Part shown: in pieces, positions 22,943 through 37,200 of the stretch | How the letters are laid out: the number at the start of each line of letters is the position of its first letter | How positions within the stretch are numbered: the first letter of the stretch is position 1 | Source of the DNA: Chlorokybus atmophyticus | Taxonomy: Eukaryota; Plantae; Mesostigma and Chlorokybus algae | Assembly (NCBI GenBank): GCA_009103225.1 | Contig: RHPI01003508.1 | Span: 160,524-224,523, forward strand | Direction: 5' to 3' | DNA: 64,000 bases | Notes under the pieces: generated by a model | Told to the model about the DNA's origin: nothing | The model's input: the letters and a program-made list of their open reading frames with translations, nothing else | The model's database searches: none | Position numbers and translations under genes: made by a program

Positions 22943-24249
22943 ATGTCACGGATGTCCGTGGTGCTTCTCTGCACCTGCTTGCTCGCAGCAGTCTCCGCTG
23001 CCCGCGCACAGCTTTTCCTTGCCCCTCCTCCTCCACCTCCACCTGATGAACTGGTGTCTGATATCAGCCGGTAAGTGTCTCATGCTCGTAGCAGCTTTCT
23101 TGTCCATGCCTGCGTGCCTGCCTGCACTGACTCGGTCGTGTTTGTCTTGTCGAAGTCTTCTGATTGAGCTCGACCAGTCCTCAAAAGATGCCCCGGTCAG
23201 CCTTCTGGAGGCTGAACAATGGCCTGCCAACAACTACAGCCTCGCATACGACCCAACAACTGGCTTCGCAGGTACATGTAGTTGCGTTTCTCCTATTGCT
23301 AGCCATGCATGTTTCAGGTGACTAATCTGTTGTGTGCACGTGCAGTTAACGCGCTCTTCGCCCCATTCAAGGATGGAACCGCCATTTCTACTGTTGCCAT
23401 CCGCACGAGCAGTGACGCACCATGGATTATAGTGGCTTCCGAACTTGACACCCTGCGATCAAGCGGTACAGAAGGCGCTGTTGTTGTCGGCGAGACAGTC
23501 ATCTCTCCACGAGAAGAAGGCGTTTCCATCATGGCATGTGATGGAGTGTTCCTGTCTTGGTCTTATCAGGTATGGAGCAAGGTGTCTTTTGTGCAATTGC
23601 GATGTGTTCACTCTGCTTGGGTGTTAATTTTATTGGCTGGCAGGGTGCAATTGTCAATGGACCCACCGTTAGCATTCAGAAGGGCGACCTTGAAGTCCGC
23701 GTGCGCTATGGCAAGCGTATTGCTCTCCGGCAGGCTTCTGGCCCTGTGTCTACCGGCGCTTTGAACCTTCTCATCAGTGAGTGCAGCAAGCTCAACTTGC
23801 AGTGCAGCAATTTCTTCTTGCCAGACGGCTTGCTGACCTCTAGCTGTCCTGCTCAGGTGGAGCAACTCTCACGGCAGCGCATGTTGACGGCGACCTTGTG
23901 CTCCGCAAAGTGTCTGACATTGGTCAGGTGGAGGAGCTGGGCGCACCAGCTGAATTTGGTAGGTGCCTTTGTTGTGACTTGCTGCCAAGTTCTACACCTG
24001 CATGCGCGCCATTGCTAACTTGGTGCCGGCAATGCAGAGATCAGCAGCCTGTTTGATGTGGAGACTCCTCGGGCAAGGCTGCAGCCAACCATTCAGGAAG
24101 CTCACCCCTTCTCCGCAGCCGTGTCTTCCGAATTGGTGGATGAGGCTTCGGACAATGTTTCAGAAAATACTGTTCAAACTGCCCTGCAGACTGCCGCTGC
24201 CCGCCTTCGTGGTTCCCGGAAACTGAAGCTTGACTTGGCTCGTCAGTAA
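22943..24249 (+). CDS. Six-exon gene for an unidentified secreted protein (~304 aa)
   Basis: Exons 22943-23070, 23156-23271, 23346-23569, 23644-23776, 23857-23958 and 24038-24249 join at GT-AG sites into one 915-nt frame. N-terminus MSRMSVVLLCTCLLAAVSAARAQ is signal-peptide-like, followed by P7. Confidence 0.85.
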
Positions 24250-25025
24250 TGAGACATGATATGCTCCTGAGCTGGTTGAATTTGAGCAGTGTCTAAGTTG
24301 AAGTCGTGTAGGTGTCAATAGTTACTCCTATAAGTAGTGCCTATAGCAACTAGTTCCCCCAGTCAGTTGAGTGTTGACCATCAGGCGCTGTTGTCGGTGC
24401 GTGATGGCGCTGGTGTCCAGTGCTCCCTCTTCATAGACAATGTGGTTCGCACACCAAGCACTTGCTTGGTCTACTTCCACGCCCATGTGTGCATCTAGAG
24501 CTTGTAGCCTAGCACCCTAGAATTCCCGTGGTATATAATCAACAAGTGTGGTGCTTCTTCCATGTTTACTGTCGTTGGTAGTGACTGCGATGCCTGAGTG
24601 CACTGTTGCTATGGTGCGCAGGCAAACAATGGCAACACGTGCACACATAGTCTGCGTTGCACCACAACTGATCAGCAGCTTTCTCCACCCACAATACAGC
24701 CACGCACACATCATCAGTCCATCACAGCACGCAGGTAGCCATGAGCACAACAGCTTTACCATACATGCATGCGCAGACTACATGGCACTGCAGGTTGAAA
24801 CACAGCTTCGGTTGAACTCAGCACCATGCGTGCAATGCTGGCTTGAGCGTTGCCACGCCACCACAGTATACCTGCTGGATGTTGATTGCTACTACTGTGT
24901 TATTGTGTACTTTGTGCAATGGCGTGTACCATGCTGTTTCTGACCGGAGAGATTGTACTGGACGAGGCAAGCCCTCCTCCCTGTCTCATTTGTGACATTC
25001 GCTGTCACAAGTTCAAATGCTCGAC

Positions 25026-25762
<737 letters not shown>

Positions 25763-26505
25763 NCATAACAGGCAAATTCGCAGCACGCCACTTTGCAATG
25801 CGGCATTGAGCCTGGTTGACTAGCAGGATGAGGACATCCAGCTGTCTGTCCATAGACTCTGCAATCAGACACTCGCCTTCATTACTGTTGTGTCCCACAC
25901 AGCGTGATATGGACAGATGCGGTCTAGTGTCCATCTGCACGCTAGCGGTTGTGCATGTTTGCGTGCGGTTAAAGCAGCAAATGGTCATAAAGGCTCTCAC
26001 ACATGTCAAAGTGCAGCGGTGATCAGACATTAGAGGGCATGCTCCAACATGTCACGCGCCGCCGCGTGCCTCCCATGCGGGTCATAACCCCAGTGGAAGC
26101 GTGCAGTTTTGAAGCATGTGGCAACTTATGTCGTTCCATCCAAGCAGACACAAAGTATTATAAATAGCGCGCGAACAGGTGCGTCTGCTTTATTATCCAC
26201 GGGGCATGTCTCTGCAGCCCCGGCACACTCCTGCTGATACAGAATGAATCCCCTCACTGAAACCAAACCCCTATCGACCTGCTACAGCTAGCCACAATCA
26301 CTATGACCTATCGTATCCCGTATAGCTTACAACAGAAGAAATCGTTAGAAACACAGGTGCCCCCACACGTGCTACCAGAAGTGAACAAAAAATATCGCAC
26401 GCATGCGTTGCGAATCTGCGCATGCGTTGCGGTGCCGTGCCATATACTCGCATCCCGCGCGGTATACTCGCATCCCCAGCGCACGCTAGCTATTGTACAC
26501 ATAAT

Positions 26506-29500
26506 TTAACTTACTTCTACACCCAAGTTGCGCAAGGCCAACGCGGCAGCGCGCTTCCCTAGATCAGTGCCGTTTGTAAGCAACTGCTTCAATGGTGCAA
26601 CCGCACCTGCCTTGGCAATCGCAGCCTGCACATACAAATGGGTACTGTTACTAAGGTGCGAGCAGTGCTGAATGGGTGCATGGATTGACACATATAGCAT
26701 GCACACAGCGCTACACGAGGGTCCCAAGCAGTACCTTAGAGTCGTTGTTGAAGGAGAGGTTGCAGAGTGCATTCGCTGCGGCAGCTCTGCCATCAGCCGA
26801 GTCGCGCTTCAGCATCCTTACGAGCAGCGGGATAGCACCCTGCTTGCCGATGATCACCTAGAAGTAAAAAAACCAGTCAGAAAAGACATGTGCGCCAGCG
26901 CCCAGTAGGCACACATGGCTTCGCAACGCGTACCTTGTTTTCCGTATTGAGTGCAAGATTGGCTAGCGCCAATGCTGCGGCCTCCTTGCCACCGCTGCCG
27001 CCCTTCTTGAGAAGGCCAACAAGCGGGGGGATGGCACCCTCCCTGGCAATGATCACCTACAAGGACAGAAGAGAGCACTGTCAGAGACGCGTCTATTATG
27101 GAGAGAGTGCTCAACCTTGCAAGCACAAAGTCAAACTTACTGTGTTCTCTGCATTGTACGCAGAAAGGTTGCGTAGCGCTTCCGCCGCAACCTCCTGTAC
27201 TGTCGGGAGCCCATGGCGCAGCAAGCTGACCAGTGGTGGGATTGCACCCTCCCTTGCCACCTCAACCTTGTTGTTGGCATCTTTGTCGCACAGGTTGCAA
27301 AGTGCGGCAGCAGCGGCTTCCTGGCCTTGCGGTGAGGATGTAGAGCGCAGAAGCTCGACCAAAGGTGTAACCGCGCCTTCCAGGGCAATGATCACTTTGT
27401 TGTCGTTGTTGCGCGCAAGCTTGCACAACACGCGCGCCGCAGCTTCCTTTTGCCATGGGCTGCCGTGGCGAAGCAAGTGCACTCCATATGTGATTGGGTC
27501 ACGGAACCGTCCATTGCCCTGTTTCATGTCCAGTGCACACTTTGTCAGTTAATGTACTGATGAAGTGTGCACTGCTCACGCACCAACAACACTGACAACA
27601 GCGATAACATGCTGCACGGTCGTTGCTTACATGATGGATGGGGTTGTGGTTGGCGCGGCCATTTGCGAGCGCTGTAGCATCAGCTACATCAGGGAGAATG
27701 TATTTGTTTGCCTGAGCCCATTCAGCAATGGCATCACGCAATGCCAGGTTGGGCATCAGTTCAAAGTTCATCAGCTTGGCACCAGTCACAGGACAGCTGT
27801 CATTGCCGTCTTCCAACCACGCCTGGTTATAGGCAATAAAGTCAGTGCCCATTTGACATGGGAGTAGCATTGAGGAGGCACCCGACAATATAATGTAGTA
27901 CCTGAACATTCGACCGCTCACACGTCTGCAATGTTGACTTGATGACGACAGGGTCCACCATGATATCCATGGAGATGGGGCATACAAAGCTTGGAGGGAC
28001 ATCCTCAGCCTGTGGGGTTGTTTGCAACATGTGGTGAGCAGAGTGCTCCAATTGCTACGCACAAAGGCGAGAGTATTGAATCCTCCTAGCGCTAACCTGG
28101 ATCGGCCGGAAGCCAAGTCGCATTGCCTTCTCTGCGCTATCTTCTTCCTCCTCAACGTCAACGCCATCGTACTGAGAGCTGTTAGCATCTAAAGCCGCTG
28201 CGTCGGCCTCATCAACAGCGCCAAGATGTTCAAGGAACCGCACAATCTGTGTTAACCAACAGGTCGTCAGTCATTTTGGAGACGAGTACAATGTTCTGCC
28301 TTGTTGTTGTCTTGTTAGCTTCCTGTAATGCAGTTCATGATACTGTTCGCGGGTTACCTGGCGTAGGTAACCCTCTTCAGCAGCGTCCTTCCGGCTCCAT
28401 GAGGCAATCATATCATCTTCAAGGACAGCCTTTCGCCTCAACAGCTCCTCTGGTGTAACCCTGATGGGCAGGAAGGCCATTAGTACAGTGCGCTGCAACA
28501 CAGACAACATAATAAACCCACGCAACACTCACCTCCGGGTGGATTGAGACTGTCTTGAGCCATCAACAAGATTCCTGTCGCTGGTGAGGTCTTCGTAGAG
28601 AAACGCCTCATCGTCGGCGCCATTGTTGGCATCTGAAGCAGGCGTATCACACTCGCACATACTGTTTGACCTTGAGACGGCAGCGTCCCGTTGCGCAACC
28701 AGCCTACGAACAGATAGGTGAGACTGAGCACATAACAACCAGCTATACATTGCTAGCCACATCTGTCCTCTGATGTGCACACCTGTGGTAAGCAGCAATG
28801 GGCTGAGCCTGTGCAGTCATGTTGCTTTGAGCAGAGTTCATGTCCCCGTCACCACGGAGGTGCGCTCGGGCGATATCTGTCAGTGCAGCACAGCCTGCAG
28901 AGAGCCCAAGCTCCCGCCATGGCAGCGCAACAACACCGGCTTCCAGCGCCATACACGCACCGGCCAACTTCTTTGTCATACGCCTGCTCACAGCACCATG
29001 TTGAAACGTACTATGCTGTTCATTGCCTCGGAAGCCAAACTACCACAACATTACACAGTGGACAGTGTGAGGTTAGCAACAAACCTGGAGTTGATGAGAA
29101 GGGTCCAGCGGCCGACATCCCCACAGGATCGCACGACAGAGTTGATTCGGTTGAGAGCGTGCAACATGGTGGCGAGCGCCTGCTGTGTCTTGGCATGTGT
29201 GTTTGCCTGCTGAGCAGTCTGAGGCTGTGTCTGAGGCAGTTTCAGTGCCAACTCGTGCAGCAGCGGCCGCAACAAGTTCACCCTCAATGCTGTCGCCTCA
29301 CACAGGGTTCGCGAGGCGCGCACCTAGTGTGTGTGTATATGTCAGTGTCAAGTGAGCTGCACCATAAACGACTCTACCAAACTGTTAGCAGCTGGCAAAA
29401 AGTTGTGCTTCTGCAGTAAACTGCGCATGCTCTTTGCTGAAGAACACTTACGCCTCGTCCATCACATAGGTGCGTGTGATGTTTACAAACATTGGCTTTG

Positions 29501-29576
29501 CACCAACCTTGGTGGACGCGTCAATCAGACCATCGACTTCCGCCAGCAGCGCAAGCACTAAGTTGTGCTGTTCCAT
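26506..29576 (-). CDS. U-box/ARM-repeat E3 ubiquitin ligase (PUB-ARM type), multi-exon; start tentative
   Basis: U-box VPPSFVCPISMDIMVDPV..CPVTG..LMPNLALRDAI at ~27700-28010 and several ARM repeats (GAVTPLVELL, GAIPPLVSLL, GAIPLLVRML, GAVAPLKQLL). Stop at 26506. Upstream helical exons reach the ATG of MEQHNLVL at 29576. Confidence 0.88.
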
Positions 29577-30139
29577 TGTGAACCACTCACACAACCCCTC
29601 ACACAACAAAACGTCTTGGTCAAGAACGACACCAGTCAACACCTGCAGCCCAACACGGCGTTGTAGTCAATGCACTGCTCAATGCAGGACACTCAGATGT
29701 CAACCTAGCAGGCGGAATTGACTGTACAACTGATGTCATTCAGGCTTTTGTACTCATAGCTACAGTGTTTACAATTTTGTAGCGCTGCAGCATGCCAAAG
29801 TGCTGCCTAGATAGAGACGTGCGACATTGAAACACATTTCAAGCTGACAATGCTGCCTCTAAGCTGAAAGCTAACAACTTTCCATGTGTTGCATTACTAT
29901 GTGCGCATCCGATTGAAACGCTACACTCGCATACACAAACAGCGAGACACATACCTTGTTTCACACAGCATTGCCAGCCTCGTTTGGCAGCGACCATCCA
30001 ACGCCAGCAGCCTGGCACCGCCAAGCAGTACCCTACAGCTGTATAGCCTAGTTACGGTGCTGTCACCCTCAACAACTATACCAGTACCCTCTTCGCCCAC
30101 CTCGCCGCCTCAGCCTAGTGCAGGCACACTGGTTCAGAA

Positions 30140-30149
30140 CTGCTGCTGC

Positions 30150-30182
<33 letters not shown>
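30140..30182. repeat. (CTG/TTG)n trinucleotide repeat
   Basis: CTGCTGCTGCTGCTGTTGCTG... run. Confidence 0.85.
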
Positions 30183-32395
30183 CAGCACACACAACAGGCA
30201 GTCAAACTTTTCCGCTATTGCACTGCCACCACTTCAACAGCTGTGATGCACGTGGCTTGAAGTGCGTGCGGCTTAGCACACTACGCTAGTCCGACCGCCC
30301 CGTCAAGCAGGCCACTCCCCGGCCAGGCCAGACCAGACCAGACTTAAGCTGCCGTCTAGCAGAGGGCAGTGGCCTAATAATAATACCACTGCTTGCAATG
30401 CGTTCTACTGTACTGCCACTGTTCCAATTTTGGCGGCTAGCTGTGTCCTTGGTTAAGCATGACCGACGCGCGGTCAAAGACTTGACGGCAAACGTTGTGA
30501 TATCGGCAACAGTACCTACCTAAACAGATGGATACTGGCTGAGTTGCGTCGCTGATCCGATGGTAAAACTCGCGGTTACGGTGTCTTGACCGTCGTCCCC
30601 GCGGGTCAGAGCTTCCCGCGGCGCCGCCAGGGATACGCAATGTACAGGATAAGTGTTTGGGTCACGGCTTTGACCGGCATATAGCGTATCGTGTCGGTTG
30701 GGTGTGACAGTATGTGTAACCGCACGATGACGCGCTTTTGAGCGTGCGGAGGAATGCATAATTGGCCTCCAGCCTGCGCAATTGATTATCAAGCACGCGA
30801 CCGTAACCGCCGCGGTTATGGAATCTCTACGTAACGCTGTCAGCGCGTAACTCGCGGCGGCACGTGAGTGTGCGCACCGCTCAGCCATGGACACGTCCAC
30901 TGCCACGCCCAATAAAGATCAGGGCATAATGTGTTAAGTGGTTAGGCCACAGTATGTGGACCACAAATCAGGATGCCATGCGCGACCATGTCAGTTGCAT
31001 GTCATGAAGCATGACTCATGCTGGCCCATCACTGCTGGCCCATCACCACTGGTGGGCCAATGGTGGTGAGTATTTCAACATAAGACATATAACATGTATT
31101 GAAAAGCCTTTCGTGTAAATGCCTACATCAATTCAATACTATACGCATTATATATCATGAAGCGATACGCATTTATATTCATTACATTCGCAGCATGAGT
31201 CGTGCTGGCCTACTTAGACCGGTTCGACACAAGCATAACCATCAATAAAAACGTGTTACATTGTCGAAGCGTTTTTAGTAACATAACAATGCAATTGTGT
31301 TGTATCATAAAAATATTAAGTATATACGGTATTTGATGTGTACAATGTACAATTGTAATGTTACTATAAATGCGATATATACATGCGTTTATAGATAGCT
31401 TATACATGCATGCTTATCATAATGAAATGAAACATTGTGATTAGTTAAACAAAATGTCCGGCAACGCAACAAATCACAACAGCTAGTGGTTGTAACAGCA
31501 TGGCACGTGGTAAATGTTGATGTGATTGATGTGCTCGGCTAGCATAACAGTACAAGCAACATATGTACGCATGCTGTACGGGCAATGCAGGGTGAGGTAG
31601 CCGAGGCAAGGGGTAGAGGATGTTCAAGTGTGTGGCAGGCTTGTGTATTAGTGAGATTGTCAATGAGATCATTCGACTGACGTGCTTGACCCCACAATTT
31701 GCAATGCTACTAGCAATATGTTATGAGTTTTCATATATGATAAGATTATATTTTAAAAACATTGATGGGTTGTGAGTGTTACCTTCGGTGTCATTATATT
31801 CGTCATCAGCACACTGTGCAGAGCCTCTACTCATGCTGTGCTACAGCGCACTACTACCCTCGGTAATAAGAAAAATTGCTAACAGGTGAGTTGCTACTTC
31901 TGCTTGCCTGCTGCAGCTCAGCCCTCCCACACACAAGCATTTAGCCACATCACATAGGCAATTTAATATGACAAATGTAGCAAAGCACTCAGACACGCAC
32001 ATACGCAAGCTCACAACACAGCAATTATCATTACAACAGGTGGGGGCCAGACCAAGCTACTATAGTATCAGGAAGCCCCCGCCTTGATTGTTTGCTTTGG
32101 GTTCTACCTTCCTTGGTTGCGCTGGCTTGTGGCAATGCGCGTTCAGTTCCTTGCATGTAATGCATCAGCACTTTTGGAGATTAAATAAGCTGACACCTCT
32201 ACTCTATTGGAGTTGCCCTTCTTCTTCACTTTCTTCCCCTGCGCAACTCGGCAATCACAATGCACAATACCCAGGGTGCCTTGACGTGCCTATAGTAGTG
32301 CCGCCCGGATGAGACTCTTACATCGCGGGCGGGGAGAGGGAAGCATGTGTGCCATATCGCAGGCTGCCTTGCTGTGCATGCCAGTGGGCCCAGCC

Positions 32396-34030
32396 ATGTC
32401 ATCGGCGGCGGCGGCGGCAGCGAGCCCGTTTGGGGAGGCTAGGAGGAAGCTTCGAGCAGTGGCTTTGCACAGCTGGCGGACCAGCGGAGCCATCTTTTCT
32501 CACCAGATGGAGCTCGCGGGCTGGACGGAGGCACTGGCACACCTCCTTGAGTTGGTGAGGGATCGAGCGGGAGAGAGAATGAGAGAGTGTGTGCGTGCGT
32601 TCTCCACAAGAAACAGATCATCAAGATCTTTGTTCACTGTGAATTCGTCCATTTACAGCTATGCTCTGAGCTCATCGCTCCACGAACACCTAATACAGCC
32701 AGCAGATTGAGTGGCATGCATGCCTAGCAAGCTGCAGCATCAAGCAGCTTACGTCTTGTTCAAATCTCGTCGTGTTTATGTAGCCACCCTGTCTGCTGAC
32801 AAGCAGGTGTACTTGGATGCTCCTCATGCCGCGACTGGTCCAGCCGAAGCAGCAGTAGAAAGAAGGTTTCCGGGCCCGAAATACGAATGGTGGAACGCAT
32901 TGCAGGTTAGCAACCAATGCTGTTGTTGCTGCTGCTGCAGTTTCTAATGATTCTGCTGTCGTTGTCATTCTTGTTTGCGCGCGCGCGCATGTGTCTGTGT
33001 TGTGGCTGCCACACAGGGAGCATTGATTTTGTTCACAATTGGTACTTAGTGCATAAGTATGTAAGGCTTTGCCGACAGTGGTCTGCAAAGTGGTGATGCC
33101 TGACATCAACTACAACCAGCACAGGATGCTGATCCAGCCAACACAAGCAAAAGCATTATGCGTTACAATGGGTTGAATGCGTCGCTATCGCATATTCTGG
33201 ACTGCTTCAGGCTGCATGGGCCTATCGACGGAGTAATTAGCTTTTCTCAGGTTGGCATTGTGCACTCGGTATGCAATACAAAATACACATGTTGTAGCGT
33301 ACATGCACATACTAGCACACGCACCAACGCACGCACACGCACAGACGCATGCACGTGTACGCACTTGCAAACTACAACATTCTTTTCTCTGGCAGGGTGG
33401 GGCGCTGGCAACCTTGTTATGTGCACTGCAACATTCAGTACATCTGCCGTGGTTGTGTGGCATTTGCATGTTGTTGTTGGCACAGACAAGCACCTTAGTG
33501 ACTTAATGTTGCCTTGCAGGGTGACCAGCAGTGGAGGGAACTCTCACCCATAAGGTTCTGCATATGCATTGGGGCGTTTTCCCCCCGAGATGAGGGCTGC
33601 ATTCATCTATTCAATCAGGACGGGAAATTGCCACAGCCGTCATTGCATGTCATCGGTAGGCCATGCACATATGGGTTGGTTTCTGAGTTGTTGTTGTGCA
33701 TGTTGTGATGTTGTGATGTTGGGTAGTGTGAGGCAGGCAATGCGGATCCGCTGAAGGCCGCATCGCATAAGCTGTTGGGGGTATACAACAACCCGAGCGT
33801 TGTTTTTCATGAAAGAGGGCATGTTGTGCCAAAACTTGGTACGTACCAAGTGTCACAAACATTTGCCAAGGTCACAAGTTGCAGTTACATGGTGGAAATG
33901 CTGCTGCAATGGTCCTGGTCTTGTGCGCAAGTCAATGTTGGTTACTTGCTTATGTGTGCTCGCAGGTGAGGCAGAAGAAGCCAAGTTAGTTAGTTTTGTG
34001 GCGAGCCAACAACAGCGCGCTTACCTTTGA
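32396..34030 (+). CDS. FSH1/OVCA2-family serine hydrolase, multi-exon
   Basis: Spliced motifs VALHSWRTSG, VYLDAPH, YEWW, GPIDGVISFSQ|GG, PSLHVIG, ADPL and HERGHVVP, giving a Ser-Asp-His triad in the expected order. Confidence 0.9.
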
Positions 34031-35390
34031 TAGCGCAACATTGGCTTGTGGCCAACTTTGCATCGCGACAAGCAATGCCGGTAATGCTTGCAAAACTCCA
34101 TGGCATATAGCAGCTTCATGCCTTGTGCTAGGAGGGGGCGACTGCAGCTGACATTGGTTGGGACATGTGGCGCACGTCAGCAAGAGAGCGGGGATGCGGC
34201 GCAAAGGCGAACACGATGGTGATGACTGCGGCGTATGCAAGTGTCTCCTTTTGTGTGCCGGTGGCGTGGTGTACATAAAATGCAGTGTATAATTGCGCAT
34301 GCGTAGTATATGCATCAAGCACGCTGTGAACATAGCATGCAGGCAGCCACACCATCATCAGATTTACCACCGGACTCACATCTTCTACCTCCCAAATCAC
34401 TACCAACCCCACCATGGATGGGCATGTGTGCAATGCTTCATTGATGGTATGTGGACGCTGCGATGCACACAAAGATGACATGTACACTTGCATACCGACC
34501 CTGCACTCCACATGGCGTGCCGGCAGGCATATTTTGGAAAGCCGTTGTCTTGGTGTTGTAGGGTAGGTATGTAGCTATACGCTAGGTATGTAGCTATACG
34601 CTATATGTACAGCAACGCTATGTTAGACTACAACTCCAGTCCATAGGTTATTGGTTCAATTCCTGCAAAAACGCCGATGTGGTGACTGATGTTAAAGCTA
34701 CAACCATAGTATTGAATCGCTCATACACTTGGTAAAACACAATATGTTCTGTGTAGCGTATATGCAATGCTATGCATGTGTGTTTGGCTGTCTACGTGGT
34801 TTGCATATGGTATAGCAATGTGGCCATCAGCATAACACAACACACAACACTTGCATTGCATTGATTAGCAGAAAGCAACTACAGGGCAAAGCTAGCTTAG
34901 CACAACTACGGGGGGCTGAACCTATGTGCTTGCTATGTGCGTGTGACGGCAAGCAAGGATGGCGCGCAGTTGTAGCAGCAATGGCTCAGCTACCTGCACA
35001 GCACCGGAGAGGAGCAGAGGGAGAAGGAGACATGTCAGGCTTAGACTAGGATCACGGGACCTAAGTGCTCAACTAGCCCCCAGCCGCTACAGTGCGCCGC
35101 CGCATATACCCCCCACATCTGCTAAGGGCATTCACAATACGGCTGAAGGCAGTGCCTGTGCCAACATATCCGTTGAGACTGTCTGATTAGTCCGTTAGGG
35201 CACAGCACCACTCAGAAGTCACAACGCACACAAAGATCTCACACGAGACCTAATACAGTGGGCATGTGAAGTGGTATGCTCCCCACTGTAATATGCCCCT
35301 TACTATTCACTAGTTATGTGTGACTGCAGCATTAACAATGCAGTGATACAAATGCATGAAAGAACCATCAAACACATATTCTGGTCACGT

Positions 35391-37200
35391 CTACATGACT
35401 GAGCGTTGTCTGGATAGTAGTGGCTGTCGCTGATACCCCATGGCCTGCATGTCAACCCACAAGCGGATCACCTCAGCAACGAAATCATCTCTATACATGC
35501 TCAGTCCTAAGAACCGCCACATTCGAGAAACCAAGACATTCAGCTTGGTTTGACGCTCTACATTGGAGCGTGGGTGTGGTGCTCGCATGACAAGGATTGA
35601 GCAAACAGCTGACTCTCATTGCTTTGAGTATATCCTTGTGCAGACTCTGATGTCCCTGGTATGGGAAATGCATATCTAGGTAAGAAACTTGTGTCCCTTT
35701 TGCAGTGACTGTTAATGTTAGCATAGATTGGGGGTATATACCCCCCGCGAAAGCAGCATCAGACTTTTACATGACACTGCAAAGCAGGATAGTGCAGCTA
35801 CCAACAGGTCGTCCACATAACGTACAATACCAAATGCAGACTACAAAAACAGTGGACGGGGTATTAGTGGTTAAAGGACCTTTAGCCAGTTTAGCTCCAC
35901 GGATCCCAGGAAGTTGTTGGCCAAGTAGACTCCCATGGGGATGCCCACTACTTGCTTGTGTAGTTCATGTATCGCAGTGCTCACGTACAAATTATTGACC
36001 ACATACGCCACCAACACATGCAGCAGCTTAGCGGTGAACACCTTTGTGACACCTTCCGCAACCACAATATGTCCAACTGCCCATCTGCGTGTTACCTTGC
36101 CATTCAGCGCCGTCACATGCAGGGTAGTGGCACGCGACTGAGCATGCATACGATTGAACACAGCATGCACCACTGATTGTATGCACACGAGCAAAGATTG
36201 GTGCTCAATGCAACAATGCAATTGTAAAGCGTGGTAAAGTCATACGTTGCGAGGGTGATAGGCTTACGCTTTTAAGTGCAGTCCTGGACGTGTTGAGGTA
36301 CGTGAGCCAGCCCCGCACACCTTGCGAATCTTGCAGCACCCATGACTTGCGTGCCAACAAATCCTGCACGCATTCTTGCCATAGCTAGTCAATGACATGA
36401 GCCACAAATTTACAAACCCGAGTAAACTACACCGAAAAATGTCGGTCAAAGATGTATCATAGGCCGCTACAGTGAATCTGAGTTTTAACGGGGCGTTATG
36501 CATCATCAATTTTATGTAGAGGTGTGGTAGCTTTGCATCCCCCTGGTTTGCGGACTTATAACCTGGATGTTAATTGAAGACTACATGTCTTGCCAACAGC
36601 TGCTCTGCAATCATTGGGCACAGCTGATATGTTAATGTCTGCGACTCCGCATGCAAAATAGAGACATAATATCGCTTGCATATAAACGCAAACACGTTGG
36701 ACACTTTGTCCACCTGTGAAATGACTAAGTGATCTTGCATGCCTTATAGTTTGCATCATCACCCGCAGACATTTGCAATTCAGACATGCAGGTTGCTTTG
36801 TGCAACGACTGCACCAGAGTGTTAAGCAGGCTGATGACTCTGTTTACCTAAGGTTGCGATAGTCCACGTTGCCATTTTGCTTGTTTAATTGCTCCGACAT
36901 GGTTCTGTACACCTGCGAGCATAGCATATACATGATACACATGCTGAGACAAAGGCAATTGCGACAGGGCGATATTTTACCCCCCTCTCAAGCAGCTGTA
37001 GTGATAGCAATCATGTCACCGCAGCGTTACAAGTCGGATTATGCTCTATGTCAGCGTACACAAACGGCTGCAGGTGCTGTTGCATACGTTGCACATGAGA
37101 TGTGCACTTGTGAATGGCGGAATGGTGGTAAAAGGTTGCACTCCATACTTAAGTACATGGGTCGAGTAGCGCGTCATGCTGCTGGCAATTAAGGTGTGTG
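35391..37200 (-). mobile_element. Decayed Penelope-like retroelement RT (Chlamys/Naiad-like)
   Basis: In order on the minus strand: LLERGVKYRP (~36970), LPHLYIKLMMHNAPLKLRF (~36500), KQVVGIPMG (~35940), VRYVDDL (YVDD 35808-35819), GIYP..VSYLD, PHPRSNV..SRMWRF..GY. Many stops and frameshifts. Confidence 0.85.

Noticed and set aside
35183-35206. CTGATTAGTCCGTTAGGGC resembling a hammerhead core near the PLE end
   Set aside because: The conserved GA and GAAA core positions are altered, and it lies antisense to the element.
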